Shown here: one piece after another, positions 48,031 through 58,007 of the stretch
How positions within the stretch are numbered: the first letter of the stretch is position 1
Layout of the letters: every line of letters begins with the position of its first letter
From: Cenarchaeum sp.
Lineage (GTDB): Archaea > Thermoproteota > Nitrososphaeria > Nitrososphaerales > Nitrosopumilaceae
DNA length: 64,000 nucleotides
NCBI GenBank assembly: GCA_965212015.1
Contig: OZ243037.1
Coordinates: 1,376,001-1,440,000 of the forward strand
Reading direction: 5' to 3'
Notes under the pieces: generated by a model
What the model saw: only the letters and a program-made list of their open reading frames with translations
What the model was told of the DNA's origin: nothing
The model's database searches: none
Made by a program: the position numbers and the translations under genes

Positions 48031-48651
48031 ATGGCGGATCTCCTCGAGGTGTTTGCAGAGTTTTCGTATTTCGGGATATTTCTGACCCTGATTGCAGTCA
48101 ATGCGGCGCCGCTTTTCATGCCACCCACGTGGATTATACTCTCGTCGTTTTACGTAATAGATCCGGCCCTGGATCCGGCCGTACTGGCCATAGTCGGGGC
48201 GACGGGGGCCACCATAGGAAGGCTGGTACTAAAGCAGGCCAGCGGGTTTTTCAGGCGGTTTGCGGGACGGGAGCAAAAGTCAAACCTGGAGGCAATCGAG
48301 GACTATCTGAACAGGAAAAAATTCGGATACGTCCTGATATCCTTTCTTTTTGCCGCAACGCCGCTTCCCAGCAACATGCTTTTTGTGACGTACGGCCTGA
48401 TGCGGACCAAAAACATCGGAACATACGTGGGGTTCTGGCTCGGCAGGATGATATCGTACTATATAATGATCTCAATTAGCAAGCTGGTGCTCACCCCGTT
48501 TTTGCAGCTCTTCGAGGACAGGCTGGTCGGAATCCTGGTTGCAGACGCAGTCGGAATAGGCATAGTCGTTTTCTTTATGACCATTAACTGGAGCCTCTTG
48601 CTGACCCAGAAAAGATTAAAGTTCGTCCGGCCGGGAATCTGGAGGTTCTAG
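48031..48651 (+). CDS. DedA/VTT-like membrane protein
   Basis: APLFMPPTW, GATIGR, FAATPLPSNMLF, FWLGR. Confidence 0.8.
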   Translation: MADLLEVFAEFSYFGIFLTLIAVNAAPLFMPPTWIILSSFYVIDPALDPAVLAIVGATGATIGRLVLKQASGFFRRFAGREQKSNLEAIEDYLNRKKFGYVLISFLFAATPLPSNMLFVTYGLMRTKNIGTYVGFWLGRMISYYIMISISKLVLTPFLQLFEDRLVGILVADAVGIGIVVFFMTINWSLLLTQKRLKFVRPGIWRF

Positions 48652-48713
48652 CCGGTGCGGCCCGCGCAGCTAGTCAGGAATCATTAAATATTCAACAATC
48701 ACCCGTGTCTCTT

Positions 48714-49124
48714 ATGAGCAAACCGGCCGACTTGGGATCATTAAAGATCGGCTCGTACATACTGCTTCCCGTAGGTGATCAGGCAACGGGGGAGCCGTGC
48801 AGGATTTCAGAGTACGACACCAGCAAGCCGGGAAAGCACGGCGCCGCAAAGGCAAGGATTGTCGGAGTCGGCGTCTTTGACGACCAAAAAAGGCCGCACG
48901 TGGGCCCTGTTAGCATGCAGGTTCACGTCCCGCTGATCGACAAAAGGACCGGGCAGATCATATCCATGACGGGCGACATAACCCAGATTATGGACTCTGA
49001 AACGTTTGAGACAATCGACGTCTCGCTGGTAGACGAGGAGGTCCAGGGCAAGCTGGAAAACGGGCAGAACGTAGAGTTCTGGAAGGTAATGGACAGGACT
49101 AAAATAATGCGGATTAAAAACTAG
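48714..49124 (+). CDS. eif5a: translation factor aIF-5A
   Basis: SKPGKHGAAK hypusine motif. Confidence 0.97.
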   Translation: MSKPADLGSLKIGSYILLPVGDQATGEPCRISEYDTSKPGKHGAAKARIVGVGVFDDQKRPHVGPVSMQVHVPLIDKRTGQIISMTGDITQIMDSETFETIDVSLVDEEVQGKLENGQNVEFWKVMDRTKIMRIKN

Positions 49125-49127
49125 TCT

Positions 49128-49190
49128 GATGCTGATGATTAGCGGAAAAGCCGTCTGATTTGTGATGACGATTATGAGTAATGAGGCATC
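49128..49190 (+). ncRNA. box C/D methylation-guide sRNA, predicted target tRNA-Met C34
   Basis: Terminal stem GATGC/GCATC; box C TGATGA 49133-49138; D' CTGA 49155-49158; C' GTGATGA 49162-49168; D variant ATGA 49181-49184; D guide complementary to ACTCATAATCG. Confidence 0.8.
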
Positions 49191-49214
49191 CCACACACAT
49201 TATGGGACAGGGCC

Positions 49215-49931
49215 ATGAAGCTGGCAGCATTGTTCTCAGGCGGCAAGGACAGCACGTACTGTATGTTCCAGTCGGTACAGGAGGGGCATTCCATAGAATG
49301 CCTGCTTACGGTTGCGCCAAAGTCACAAGAGAGCATGCTGCTGCACCACCCGAACATACGGATTACAAAGCTCCAGTCCCGCCTGATGGACATACCGCAG
49401 ATATATGCAGAGTCAGACTCTGATGAGACTGAGACCGGTCTGCTTGCCCGGATGCTAAAAGAGGCCAAAGAAGACTATGGCATAGAGGGACTGGTGCAGG
49501 GCGGGATATCAAGTGAATTTCAGAAAAAAAGATTTGCCGGCCTGTGCGGGCCGCTAGGTTTGGAGCTGGTCTCACCTGTATGGGGGCGGGATCAAAAAAA
49601 ATACATGCGCGTGCTGCTGGAATCCGGATTCAGATTTATAATTACAAGCGTCAGCGCCGGCGGGCTGGATGACTCCTGGCTTGGCGAGGAGATATGCTGC
49701 GAGAACCTGGACAGGCTGGAGCGGAGCTCTGTAAAGTTCGGCTTTAACCTTGCCTTTGAGGGTGGGGAGGCAGAAACGCTGGTTATCGGCTGCCCAATGT
49801 TTGCGGGGCATATCAGGATCATCCGGTCAAGGAAGGTGTGGGACGGATACAGAGGAAGGTTTGAAATAGAGGAGGCCGAGCTAGTCCGTAGTGATAGACG
49901 ATCTAAAAACCAACCTCCGGGCCGCGATTAA
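49215..49931 (+). CDS. dph6: diphthine--ammonia ligase (Dph6)
   Basis: FSGGKDS, GEGGE-like FEGGEAETLV. Confidence 0.92.
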   Translation: MKLAALFSGGKDSTYCMFQSVQEGHSIECLLTVAPKSQESMLLHHPNIRITKLQSRLMDIPQIYAESDSDETETGLLARMLKEAKEDYGIEGLVQGGISSEFQKKRFAGLCGPLGLELVSPVWGRDQKKYMRVLLESGFRFIITSVSAGGLDDSWLGEEICCENLDRLERSSVKFGFNLAFEGGEAETLVIGCPMFAGHIRIIRSRKVWDGYRGRFEIEEAELVRSDRRSKNQPPGRD

Positions 49932-51216
49932 AAAAATCGTAAACTCGTCCGGCATTGACGACAAGCTAATAGACGGGCTTGCGCACGACACGCAGATGGC
50001 GCTGTTGCTGGCAGACGTCGATCCCGGCCTGGTCAGCGAAATCACCACAAAGCTAAAGACAAGAGCGCATGATGAGACCCCGCCTCCGGGCCTATCCAGA
50101 AAGGATCACATTGTAAAGATTCTGTACGACGAGCTGGCAAAGCTTCTTGGGGGCGAGACAGAGTTCCAGTTTCACGCCGGAAGGACGGACAGGATTCTGA
50201 TGCTGGGAATACAGGGAAGCGGCAAGACCACTATAACATCAAAGCTTGCAAGGCTCTTTACAAAGCAGGGCCTAAAGGTGGGCGTGATCGGGGCCGACAC
50301 GCACAGGCCCGGCGCGCTAGTGCAGCTGGATACAATGTGTGCAAAGTCCGGAGTCGAGGTGTTTGGGGACAAAAACGACAAGGACTCGCTGCAGATAATC
50401 CGCAAGGGGCTGCATCACTTTGAGGATTCCACACCGGATGTGGTGCTGATTGACACTGCCGGCAGGCACAAGGAGGAGGGCGACCTGCTCGAGGAGATGA
50501 GGCAGGTCGGACAAGAGGTAAAGCCGGACCTGACCCTGTTGGTAATTGACGGCACCATAGGAAACCAGTGCTTCAAGCAGGCCAAGGCGTTTCACGAGAC
50601 CATTCCCGTCGGCGGTATAGTGGTTACAAAGCTTGACAGCTCTGCGCGCGGCGGAGGCGCCATTGCGGCATCAGCCGCCACCGGGGCGCAGGTGATGTAT
50701 GTCGGAACGGGGGAGCGAATCGACGACATTGAGCAGTTCTCCCCCACGCGCTTTGTCGGCAGGCTGCTCGGGATGGGCGACATTAAGGCGATTTTGGATC
50801 TTGCAAAGCGGCTCGAGGACGAGGGAGACGAGGTCCGGCTAAAGAGGATATCGGGCGGCAAGATGAACATGGATGACTTTTACTATCAGCTCGAAGAGGT
50901 CAGCAAGATGGGATCGCTGCGGGGATTCCTGGACAACCTTCCGGGGTTTTCCGGTGCGATAAAGGAGGATCAGCTCGACCAGATGGAGGACAAGATGCAG
51001 AGGTGGCGCTACATAATACAGAGCATGACCAAGGCAGAAAAGGACGATCCCGGCCTTATCAACTCGTCGAGGACCACGCGCATTGCAAGGGGCTCGGGAT
51101 GGCAGGAGCACGACGTAAAGCAGCTGCTAAAAAACTACAAAAACTCAAAGAACGTAATGAAGGCCTCAAAGGGAAGGCAGATGCAGGGAAGCCTCAAGCG
51201 CATGGGCCTGGGCTAG
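49891..51216 (+). CDS. srp54: signal recognition particle protein SRP54
   Basis: GIQGSGKTT, DTAGRH, TKLD, RLLGMGD, M domain RIARGSG. Confidence 0.96.
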   Translation: MIDDLKTNLRAAIKKIVNSSGIDDKLIDGLAHDTQMALLLADVDPGLVSEITTKLKTRAHDETPPPGLSRKDHIVKILYDELAKLLGGETEFQFHAGRTDRILMLGIQGSGKTTITSKLARLFTKQGLKVGVIGADTHRPGALVQLDTMCAKSGVEVFGDKNDKDSLQIIRKGLHHFEDSTPDVVLIDTAGRHKEEGDLLEEMRQVGQEVKPDLTLLVIDGTIGNQCFKQAKAFHETIPVGGIVVTKLDSSARGGGAIAASAATGAQVMYVGTGERIDDIEQFSPTRFVGRLLGMGDIKAILDLAKRLEDEGDEVRLKRISGGKMNMDDFYYQLEEVSKMGSLRGFLDNLPGFSGAIKEDQLDQMEDKMQRWRYIIQSMTKAEKDDPGLINSSRTTRIARGSGWQEHDVKQLLKNYKNSKNVMKASKGRQMQGSLKRMGLG

Positions 51217-51247
51217 GCTCAAATGTGGCAGGCGCCCGTGAAAAAAC

Positions 51248-52384
51248 ATGAGGCCTACAATACAACAGGTAATGCAGGACGCATCGCGCATTCAAGGTGA
51301 CTATTCCCTGTGCGATTCGTGTCTGGGACGGCTATATGCAAAGAGGCTGTCGCTGTCATCCAACAGGCTGCTTGGAAAAAGAATCCGCAGGGGGGTGCGC
51401 CGCACAAAGTGCTACATATGCCGGGATATGATTGACAACCTGGATTTGTTCCATCTGGCAATAGCCGACAGGACAAAAGACCACCAGTTTGCCTCCTTTA
51501 TGATGGGGGTGATTCTAAGGCCGTCGGTAATGGAGCGCGACGATCTCGTGCGCTCTAGATACAAGCTAATGGGAATCGACAGCGTAAAGACCGACATTTC
51601 AAGGCAGCTGGCAAAGAGACTTGCACAAAGGACGAAATCAAAAATAGACCACGCAGAGCCCGAGCTGATAGTTACAGTTGATCTCAAAAACGAGTCAGTC
51701 GAGCTGCACTCAAAGTCCGTGATACTGGCCGGACGGTACACGAAAAGCTCCCGGGGGCTGCCGCAAAAGCAAAAGCCGTGTGCGGACTGTTGGGGAAAGG
51801 GCTGTACAAGGTGTAGCTATCACGGAATATCCGGCTTTGAGAGCATTGAGGGAAGAATATCGGAATTTCTGTATGAAAAATTCCGCGCAAGACAGACAAA
51901 AGTCACGTGGATAGGGGGCGAGGACAAGACCAGTCTGGTGCGCGGTACGGGAAGGCCGTTTTTTGTGCGGGTTATCAATCCGCAGAAAAGAAGGGCGCGC
52001 CTGCCAAAAAAGATAGACCTGGACGAGGTCTGCCTCCTTGGGCTAAGGCGGGTGCCGTCAGTAAGGTCCCCGGTAAGGTTCCGCTCCAAAATAAGCCTGT
52101 CTGTGGATACGGATGGTGCGTGCCCCCCGCTTGGGGCACTGGCCTCACTCAGGAATTCGCGGCTGGCAATATACCAGGATTCAAAGAGGACCGAAAAGTC
52201 GGTATATTCCGTGCGGTATAGAAAGACCTCTGCCAGCTCGTTTGTACTGTCCTTTGAGGCAGACGGGGGGGTGCCGATCAGACGGTTTGTCGGCGGGGAT
52301 ACGGTCTTTCCCAACCTCTCTGACCTGCTGGAGGTAAGGTGCATCTGCCGGCACTTTGACTTTGATCAGATTTTGATCCAATAA
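51248..52384 (+). CDS. pus10: tRNA pseudouridine synthase Pus10-like
   Basis: CDSCLGR, CYIC, GRYTKSSRGLPQ, GGEDK, GTGRPFF, ADGGVPIRRFV. Confidence 0.88.
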   Translation: MRPTIQQVMQDASRIQGDYSLCDSCLGRLYAKRLSLSSNRLLGKRIRRGVRRTKCYICRDMIDNLDLFHLAIADRTKDHQFASFMMGVILRPSVMERDDLVRSRYKLMGIDSVKTDISRQLAKRLAQRTKSKIDHAEPELIVTVDLKNESVELHSKSVILAGRYTKSSRGLPQKQKPCADCWGKGCTRCSYHGISGFESIEGRISEFLYEKFRARQTKVTWIGGEDKTSLVRGTGRPFFVRVINPQKRRARLPKKIDLDEVCLLGLRRVPSVRSPVRFRSKISLSVDTDGACPPLGALASLRNSRLAIYQDSKRTEKSVYSVRYRKTSASSFVLSFEADGGVPIRRFVGGDTVFPNLSDLLEVRCICRHFDFDQILIQ

Positions 52385-52419
52385 CTACAAATAACTAGCG
52401 TAAATTTACGAATCTGACC

Positions 52420-52521
52420 ATGCCGGCAAGAAAAAAGAACAAGCACAACAGACGCGCCGACAACAATGCCGCACGAAGAAAGAAAAAGACCGCAAAAAGG
52501 TCAAAGCCGAAAAGACGCTAG
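52420..52521 (+). CDS. very small, highly basic protein (33 aa)
   Basis: MPARKKNKHNRRADNNAARRKKKTAKRSKPKRR; fills the intergenic gap. Confidence 0.55.
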   Translation: MPARKKNKHNRRADNNAARRKKKTAKRSKPKRR

Positions 52522-52572
52522 CCTCTTTGTGATAAAGAACATTTTTACACCTACTGCCGTCGATCTGACCCT

Positions 52573-53280
52573 ATGGATCCCTTGTTTGGGGTGGAAAAAT
52601 CGTTCAAGCAGGGCTTGATCTCCGGGGACGCCTTTTCCCTGATAAAGAAAAGATTCCCCCTGGTGGTGTCGGGAATCGACCGCATAGAGAGGGCGTCGGG
52701 AATAAACTATCCCGTGGCGTATGTAGAGCCGTCCGTAATAGTATCGCAGTCCGATCCCGGCTCCTTTCAGTACGGGATTCTCTTTGCCAGGACCATTCCG
52801 CTGACCATAGACGGCAAGCTCCAGGTGGTAATCCAGATTTCGGCACCGCTGGTATCCTATGGCCTCAAGGGAACGATACACGCGATACTGGCCCACGAGT
52901 TTCTGCACTATTTGGAGCTAATCCGCCGCGTATCGAGGATGGAGATGCTATCTGACGAGATATCCGGCAGCATCTTTGGGAACGTGTATGCCGATGAGGC
53001 AAGGCTCTTTGAGCCCAGGGCGGTCTTTGATGACAAGACCCTGCTGTCGCACATTACGAAAAAATTTCCGGCCGGGTTCCGGGACTACAAACTGGAGGAT
53101 AAGACCCTAAAGTACTGGATTGAGAAAAAGCTGCCAAAGACCAACATTTCCCTTGACACCAACATTACAAAACTCTCGCCGCAGACGCTTGCATCAATAC
53201 AGCTGAACCCCGGATTCCTCTCGCGGCTAGACGAGATGGAGCAAAAAAGCGCCAAAATCAAGAGGCGAAAGACTCACTGA
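52573..53280 (+). CDS. hypothetical protein with HExxH (zincin-like) motif
   Basis: [12 protein letters not shown]. Confidence 0.78.
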   Translation: MDPLFGVEKSFKQGLISGDAFSLIKKRFPLVVSGIDRIERASGINYPVAYVEPSVIVSQSDPGSFQYGILFARTIPLTIDGKLQVVIQISAPLVSYGLKGTIHAILAHEFLHYLELIRRVSRMEMLSDEISGSIFGNVYADEARLFEPRAVFDDKTLLSHITKKFPAGFRDYKLEDKTLKYWIEKKLPKTNISLDTNITKLSPQTLASIQLNPGFLSRLDEMEQKSAKIKRRKTH

Positions 53281-53450
53281 TTGAATTCCGTAAGGTTGCA
53301 TCTTCCGCAGGCGCGCCTGTCCTTGTGATCCGACATAAAGACGCCCTTGCCGCATCTTGAGCAGATTTTTTTTAGCCTTGTAATCTTTTCGCCCTCTACC
53401 TTGTAATAGCCAGAAACCTTTGGACTGGATCCCTTTTTGCCCGCCATCAT
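53274..53450 (-). CDS. rps27ae: 30S ribosomal protein S27ae
   Basis: [37 protein letters not shown]; overlaps the rps24e stop; below the track cutoff. Confidence 0.94.
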   Translation of the reverse strand: MMAGKKGSSPKVSGYYKVEGEKITRLKKICSRCGKGVFMSDHKDRRACGRCNLTEFNQ

Positions 53451-54031
53451 GCCTTCTCCTTTGCGTCGGCCGAATCATCCTTGGCAGGCGTCTCTGCGGG
53501 GTTTTCGGTTTTTGCGTCTGACTCTATCTTTGTATCGTTAGTTTTTGCAGAATCATCCTTTGGTGCGTCAGCCGAATCATCCTTTGCAGGCGTCTCTGTT
53601 TTTTCAGAACTCTCCTTGGGTGCGTCTGTTTTCTCGGAATCCTCCTTTGCGTCAGGCTTTGCGGAATCATCCTTGGGCGCGTCTGCCGGCTTTGCGTCTG
53701 TTTTCTCGGAATCCTCCTTTGCCGCGTTTGCCTTTTCTTCTGCTGATTTTTTTGCCTTTTCCAGCCGATTGAATATTGTGGGATTGACGTGGGACTTTGC
53801 CAGAACCTCGTCCTCATAGACGAAAAACGTACCCGTGACTGTCGACTTGCCGACGTGGTTTTTGAGCCTCATTGGAATCACCATCTTTCCGTCCAGCTTG
53901 AACTCTTTGGTAACCATGTCTATTGCGTCCAGCTTGCCCAGCTTTCCCCCCATGCCTGCAAAATTGCAGGTAATCTCCCTTCTAGACAGAAACGTGTTGT
54001 CTGTGTCGTTTATGGCCTCGATAACTGACAT
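53447..54031 (-). CDS. rps24e: 30S ribosomal protein S24e with long acidic repeat tail
   Basis: NTFLSRREI...[16 protein letters not shown]; S24e-S27ae gene order. Confidence 0.9.
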   Translation of the reverse strand: MSVIEAINDTDNTFLSRREITCNFAGMGGKLGKLDAIDMVTKEFKLDGKMVIPMRLKNHVGKSTVTGTFFVYEDEVLAKSHVNPTIFNRLEKAKKSAEEKANAAKEDSEKTDAKPADAPKDDSAKPDAKEDSEKTDAPKESSEKTETPAKDDSADAPKDDSAKTNDTKIESDAKTENPAETPAKDDSADAKEKA

Positions 54032-54118
54032 GCGTATCCACAACCATCCGAGTTGTTCATATAAACCTTAATTGGCCCTAACGAAGAAATTTAAGAAATA
54101 GCACGGGATATACTAGAT

Positions 54119-54676
54119 ATGGAAAGATACATGATTCACCTGAAAAACAACGGATACGGGCCGAGGGACTCGCGCGATATAGTCCACAGGGCCCGGTTTC
54201 TCTGCGCCAATCTGGCCTCAGTAAGGATAGCCCGCGTGGCCAGCAACTTTATCGAGCTTGACGTGTCTGTCGAGCCAGAAGGGCTTGACGGAATAGTGGA
54301 CAAGCTCGGCCCCATAGGGGGGCTTGACAATATACGCCATGTGGTGGAGGAAAAGATTGAAAAGGACGACGGAATCCGAGACGGCATTTTTTATTTCAAC
54401 AATGAGCGGTTCTGGGAGGCGCACGAGGCGTGGGAGGGCGCATGGAAGCAGTGTACCGGCGATGAAAAGTCGCTGGTCCAGGGAATAATCCTGGTGGCAG
54501 TAGCGTTTGCACACTCGCAAAAAAACGACAGCCCCATAGGACTCAACATGTTTGGGCGGGCGCTAGAAAAGATGGGGGACTTTGCCGGCCTGTACCATAA
54601 TATAGACATTGGCCGAATCCGAAAAAAGATAACCGAAATGAAAAGCGCACGCGAGATGATTCTCTTCAAGATCTGA
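54119..54676 (+). CDS. DUF309 family protein
   Basis: FNNERFWEAHEAWEGAW...QGIILVAVAFAH. Confidence 0.9.
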   Translation: MERYMIHLKNNGYGPRDSRDIVHRARFLCANLASVRIARVASNFIELDVSVEPEGLDGIVDKLGPIGGLDNIRHVVEEKIEKDDGIRDGIFYFNNERFWEAHEAWEGAWKQCTGDEKSLVQGIILVAVAFAHSQKNDSPIGLNMFGRALEKMGDFAGLYHNIDIGRIRKKITEMKSAREMILFKI

Positions 54677-55961
54677 TCTGCTCAATTACGGTTTTCAGAA
54701 CATATGCGCCCTCCAGCATTCCAAGCCTTCCCCTTTTGGCATCATTCTCCGTGTACCTGGACGTTCCATCGGGCTTTATGCTGCCGCCTGAGATCAGAAT
54801 CGGGACGGGATCATCGCTGTGGCCCTTGTTTATGCACGGAGTGGAGTGGTCCGCCGAGATTACCACCGTCTTGTCATCGCCAATGTTCTCAAGTAATGTG
54901 CCAAAGAACCTCCTGTCAATCTCTTCAATGTTTTTTGTCTTTCCTGCGGCATCGCCGTCGTGGCCGAACTCGTCTGGCCCCTTTAGGTGTACATAGATTG
55001 CGTTTTGCGTCTCCATTGACTTTGCAGCCACTCTTGCCTTTTGCTCATAGTCTGTCAGCTCTCCTGCCTCAAAGGCCCTCATCTTTAGCACCTTTGAGAT
55101 TCCAAGCTCGACGGGCATGTCCACTATACATGAAAAGTTCATAGAGTATTTTTCATTAATCGGCGTTACATCCGGATACTTGTTTCCCGCATCGCGCAAA
55201 ATTATACATCCGAGCCGCTTTTTGTCGCGTGTGGCGCGCTCTATATTGGTTATACTGTCCTTTAGGATGGAGATCGACTGTGCGGTGAATTCGTTTACCA
55301 GGTCTGCTGCAAGCCTTGATGAGGCATGCTCGTCTAGCGGCAGGCACTTGTCTATCTTTAAAAAGTCCCCCACCGCCTTTGCTATTCCCATCCCATCTAT
55401 CCTGCCGTACGCGGGATCCGTGTTTGTTATGTTCGATGAGAGCCCCTCATCCGATCTTATCCTTACCGTTACCCGGTGGCCTATTGTGGGCGAGACCGAT
55501 ACTGAGGTGTTTGGGTGCGAAAAGCGTATGCCCTTTTCTAGCTCTGCTGCCACTGCGCCTGCATCCTCCTTTTCAATGTGCCTTCCTGCCCTCCTGTCGG
55601 TGATTATCCCCCCATCTAGGGTGGCAAAGTTTCCCCGCAGTGCCAAGTCGCCGTCCTTAAAGTCGACTCCTATCCCTATGGCCTCAATTACGCCTCGGCC
55701 GGCATAGTCTGCGTGCCGGAACCTGTATCCGAGCATGTTAAAGACTGCGATATCGGACTCTGGGGCGATCCCCCGTCCTACGGATATCACCTCGCCCATG
55801 ACACCTTTTTTTGCCAGCCGGTCCATGTTGGGGGTGTGTGCAGCCTGGAGCGGGGTCTTGCCGTCTAGATCGGGATGCGGCAGATCGCCCACGCCGTCTA
55901 GCAGGACATAGATTATGTGGATATCAGAATTATCCAAAATAGATAGGCTCCGTTCCTGCAA
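54666..55961 (-). CDS. apgM: 2,3-bisphosphoglycerate-independent phosphoglycerate mutase (archaeal)
   Basis: LDGVGD, KTPLQAAHTPNMD, APESD, HLKGPDEFGHDG, ADHSTP, HSDDPVP; start uncertain. Confidence 0.94.
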   Translation of the reverse strand: MQERSLSILDNSDIHIIYVLLDGVGDLPHPDLDGKTPLQAAHTPNMDRLAKKGVMGEVISVGRGIAPESDIAVFNMLGYRFRHADYAGRGVIEAIGIGVDFKDGDLALRGNFATLDGGIITDRRAGRHIEKEDAGAVAAELEKGIRFSHPNTSVSVSPTIGHRVTVRIRSDEGLSSNITNTDPAYGRIDGMGIAKAVGDFLKIDKCLPLDEHASSRLAADLVNEFTAQSISILKDSITNIERATRDKKRLGCIILRDAGNKYPDVTPINEKYSMNFSCIVDMPVELGISKVLKMRAFEAGELTDYEQKARVAAKSMETQNAIYVHLKGPDEFGHDGDAAGKTKNIEEIDRRFFGTLLENIGDDKTVVISADHSTPCINKGHSDDPVPILISGGSIKPDGTSRYTENDAKRGRLGMLEGAYVLKTVIEQIRS

Positions 55962-56085
55962 AAAGTCGCGGATGCTTTAAGTCTTTCACCGGTTGATCAC
56001 AATGCGGCGATCAGAGAGTCGCGCGCGTCTTACAAGTCCGATGCAATGTGAAATAGTTTTAACACGCCTTATCTGTCCCTATGTG

Positions 56086-57102
56086 ATGGGCGACATGCGC
56101 AAGGATTACGTTTCTGAACGTTTCATGATTGTAACCAAAAAGGACGACGAGGTTGCCGATCCCGCAAAGTCACCCCTTGCCCCGGGAAACGAGTCAAAGA
56201 CCAATCCGTCGGTTCTGTCCCTTGTGGCACGGGACGGAATGCTGCAGAGGCTGCAGGATAACGAGGATGAGCGGGTAAAGGACTGGATAATACGCGTCTT
56301 TGAGGCCAAAAACCCGGCAGTATCGATAGAGTCGGCAAACACGTACAGCGACAGGCCGCACTATAGCGAGCCGGCATACGGGTACCATTACATCGTGGTG
56401 GCCTCGCCGAATCCGACTGACACATTTGCCACAATTGACGTGGAGCAGTGGTCGAATATTCTGGTGGTGGTGCAGGACCGCCTGCGCTGGCTGTACACCC
56501 AAAAGGGCGTGACGTATGTCTCGATTTATGCAAATTACGGCAGGGACGCCGGATGCTCGGATCCATACCCGCATCTAAACATGGTGACCTTTTCTACTAT
56601 ACCACCTGTAATCGAGTCCGAGGTAGACGCATCACACAAGATTCTCAACGAAAAGGGCGTGTGTCCAATGTGTCAGACAGTCAATACCGAGATTGGCGGG
56701 CCGAGGCAGGTTTTGCAGACAGAAGGCTTTATGGCCCTGTGCCCGTGGGCCCCGTCGCATCCGTACGAGTTCTGGATATGTCCCAAAAAGCACGCCACCA
56801 GTTTTTCTAAAATAACCCAAAAGGAGATAAACGACCTGTCGCTGATTCTGCGCGCGACACTCGGCGGAATCACAAAGTCGATAAAAAACCTCTCATACAA
56901 CATGGTGTTCCATTTATCGCCTGAAAAAAAGAACAGCCGGCAGATTCACTGGCATATCGAGGTGTATCCCGTGACCAATTCCTGGTCCGGCCTGGAGCGC
57001 GGATACGGGGTGTTTCTGAACAACATATCGCCAGAGGATACTGCAGAAAAGCTGGGCGCCGCATGCAGAAAAGAGCTGGCAAATCTGGTGGGAATTAGCT
57101 GA
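56086..57102 (+). CDS. GalT-like HIT nucleotidyltransferase
   Basis: GYHYIVV, NYGRDAGCSDPYPH, CPMC, HWHIE, GLERG. Confidence 0.85.
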   Translation: MGDMRKDYVSERFMIVTKKDDEVADPAKSPLAPGNESKTNPSVLSLVARDGMLQRLQDNEDERVKDWIIRVFEAKNPAVSIESANTYSDRPHYSEPAYGYHYIVVASPNPTDTFATIDVEQWSNILVVVQDRLRWLYTQKGVTYVSIYANYGRDAGCSDPYPHLNMVTFSTIPPVIESEVDASHKILNEKGVCPMCQTVNTEIGGPRQVLQTEGFMALCPWAPSHPYEFWICPKKHATSFSKITQKEINDLSLILRATLGGITKSIKNLSYNMVFHLSPEKKNSRQIHWHIEVYPVTNSWSGLERGYGVFLNNISPEDTAEKLGAACRKELANLVGIS

Positions 57103-57144
57103 TTTTTGTAATGGTTTATTTATCAAAATCCAGGTTATAGTGGT

Positions 57145-57579
57145 ATGGCGGTAGAAAAGTACATTGCGGCAGCCGGTCTGGGGCTGTTTATAATGTTTTC
57201 AGGCGAGATAATATCCATCTATAACTTTATGCAGGCAGTGCCCGGCGAGACCACCTTTATCCTGGAGCCTGATCCCAAGATACTGCAGTTTATTTCGATC
57301 GGGGCCGCCCCTGCCGTAATCATGGCGGCAATCTCGTTTATCATGGTGAGGAGGTACGGCTCGAGGCCTATTGGCGCCATGATAATTGCAGGCGGGGCAA
57401 TAATGCTGACAGGAATGATTGTTGCGCATTCCCTGATAGACGGAATTGATCCCGTGTACGAGAGCAAGTTTATCCCGGTATTAACGCCGCTGTTCATGAT
57501 AGTGTCGATACCGGTAATGATAGTTGGTTCCAGGCTGCTTGTTACCAAAAAGCGCACGCCAAAAAAGGAATTCGTCTAG
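57145..57579 (+). CDS. 4-TM membrane hypothetical protein
   Basis: Four hydrophobic segments and a basic C-terminus. Confidence 0.8.
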   Translation: MAVEKYIAAAGLGLFIMFSGEIISIYNFMQAVPGETTFILEPDPKILQFISIGAAPAVIMAAISFIMVRRYGSRPIGAMIIAGGAIMLTGMIVAHSLIDGIDPVYESKFIPVLTPLFMIVSIPVMIVGSRLLVTKKRTPKKEFV

Positions 57580-58007
57580 TGGTCGAATCTCATTGCGTCT
57601 GAATGTCTTTTGAATCCGAGCTTTTCATAGAACGGTTTTATACTGTCTGAGCATTCCAGAATGGTTTTGTAGCATCCGGCGTCCTTTGCGTATTCCAGGG
57701 ATTTTAGGACCAGCCTTTTTCCTATATTTTGTCCCTGAAAGTCCTTTTTGACAGAGACATCCTCTATGTGGCCGACCATTCCCCCGTTGTGGATGAACTT
57801 TGGCTCGATTAATAAGGTGAGGGTGCCTACTATGCCGCCGGCGGCAGCAACTAGGATTACGTGGTTTGGATTTGCTCTTATTTTGTCATATACCTCCTCT
57901 GCCTTTGCGGGACTGATGTCGCTTGTCTTTCTTAACGAGTCTAGCGAGTCCAGAAATCCGCAAAACAGATCCGTTCTTTTCAGTTTGCGGATGGTAATGT
58001 CAATCAT
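57576..58007 (-). CDS. GNAT acetyltransferase, glucosamine-6-phosphate N-acetyltransferase (GNA1)-like
   Basis: IEPKFIH, GHIEDV, QGQNIG, GCYKTILEC, FYEKLGF. Confidence 0.9.
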   Translation of the reverse strand: MIDITIRKLKRTDLFCGFLDSLDSLRKTSDISPAKAEEVYDKIRANPNHVILVAAAGGIVGTLTLLIEPKFIHNGGMVGHIEDVSVKKDFQGQNIGKRLVLKSLEYAKDAGCYKTILECSDSIKPFYEKLGFKRHSDAMRFDH

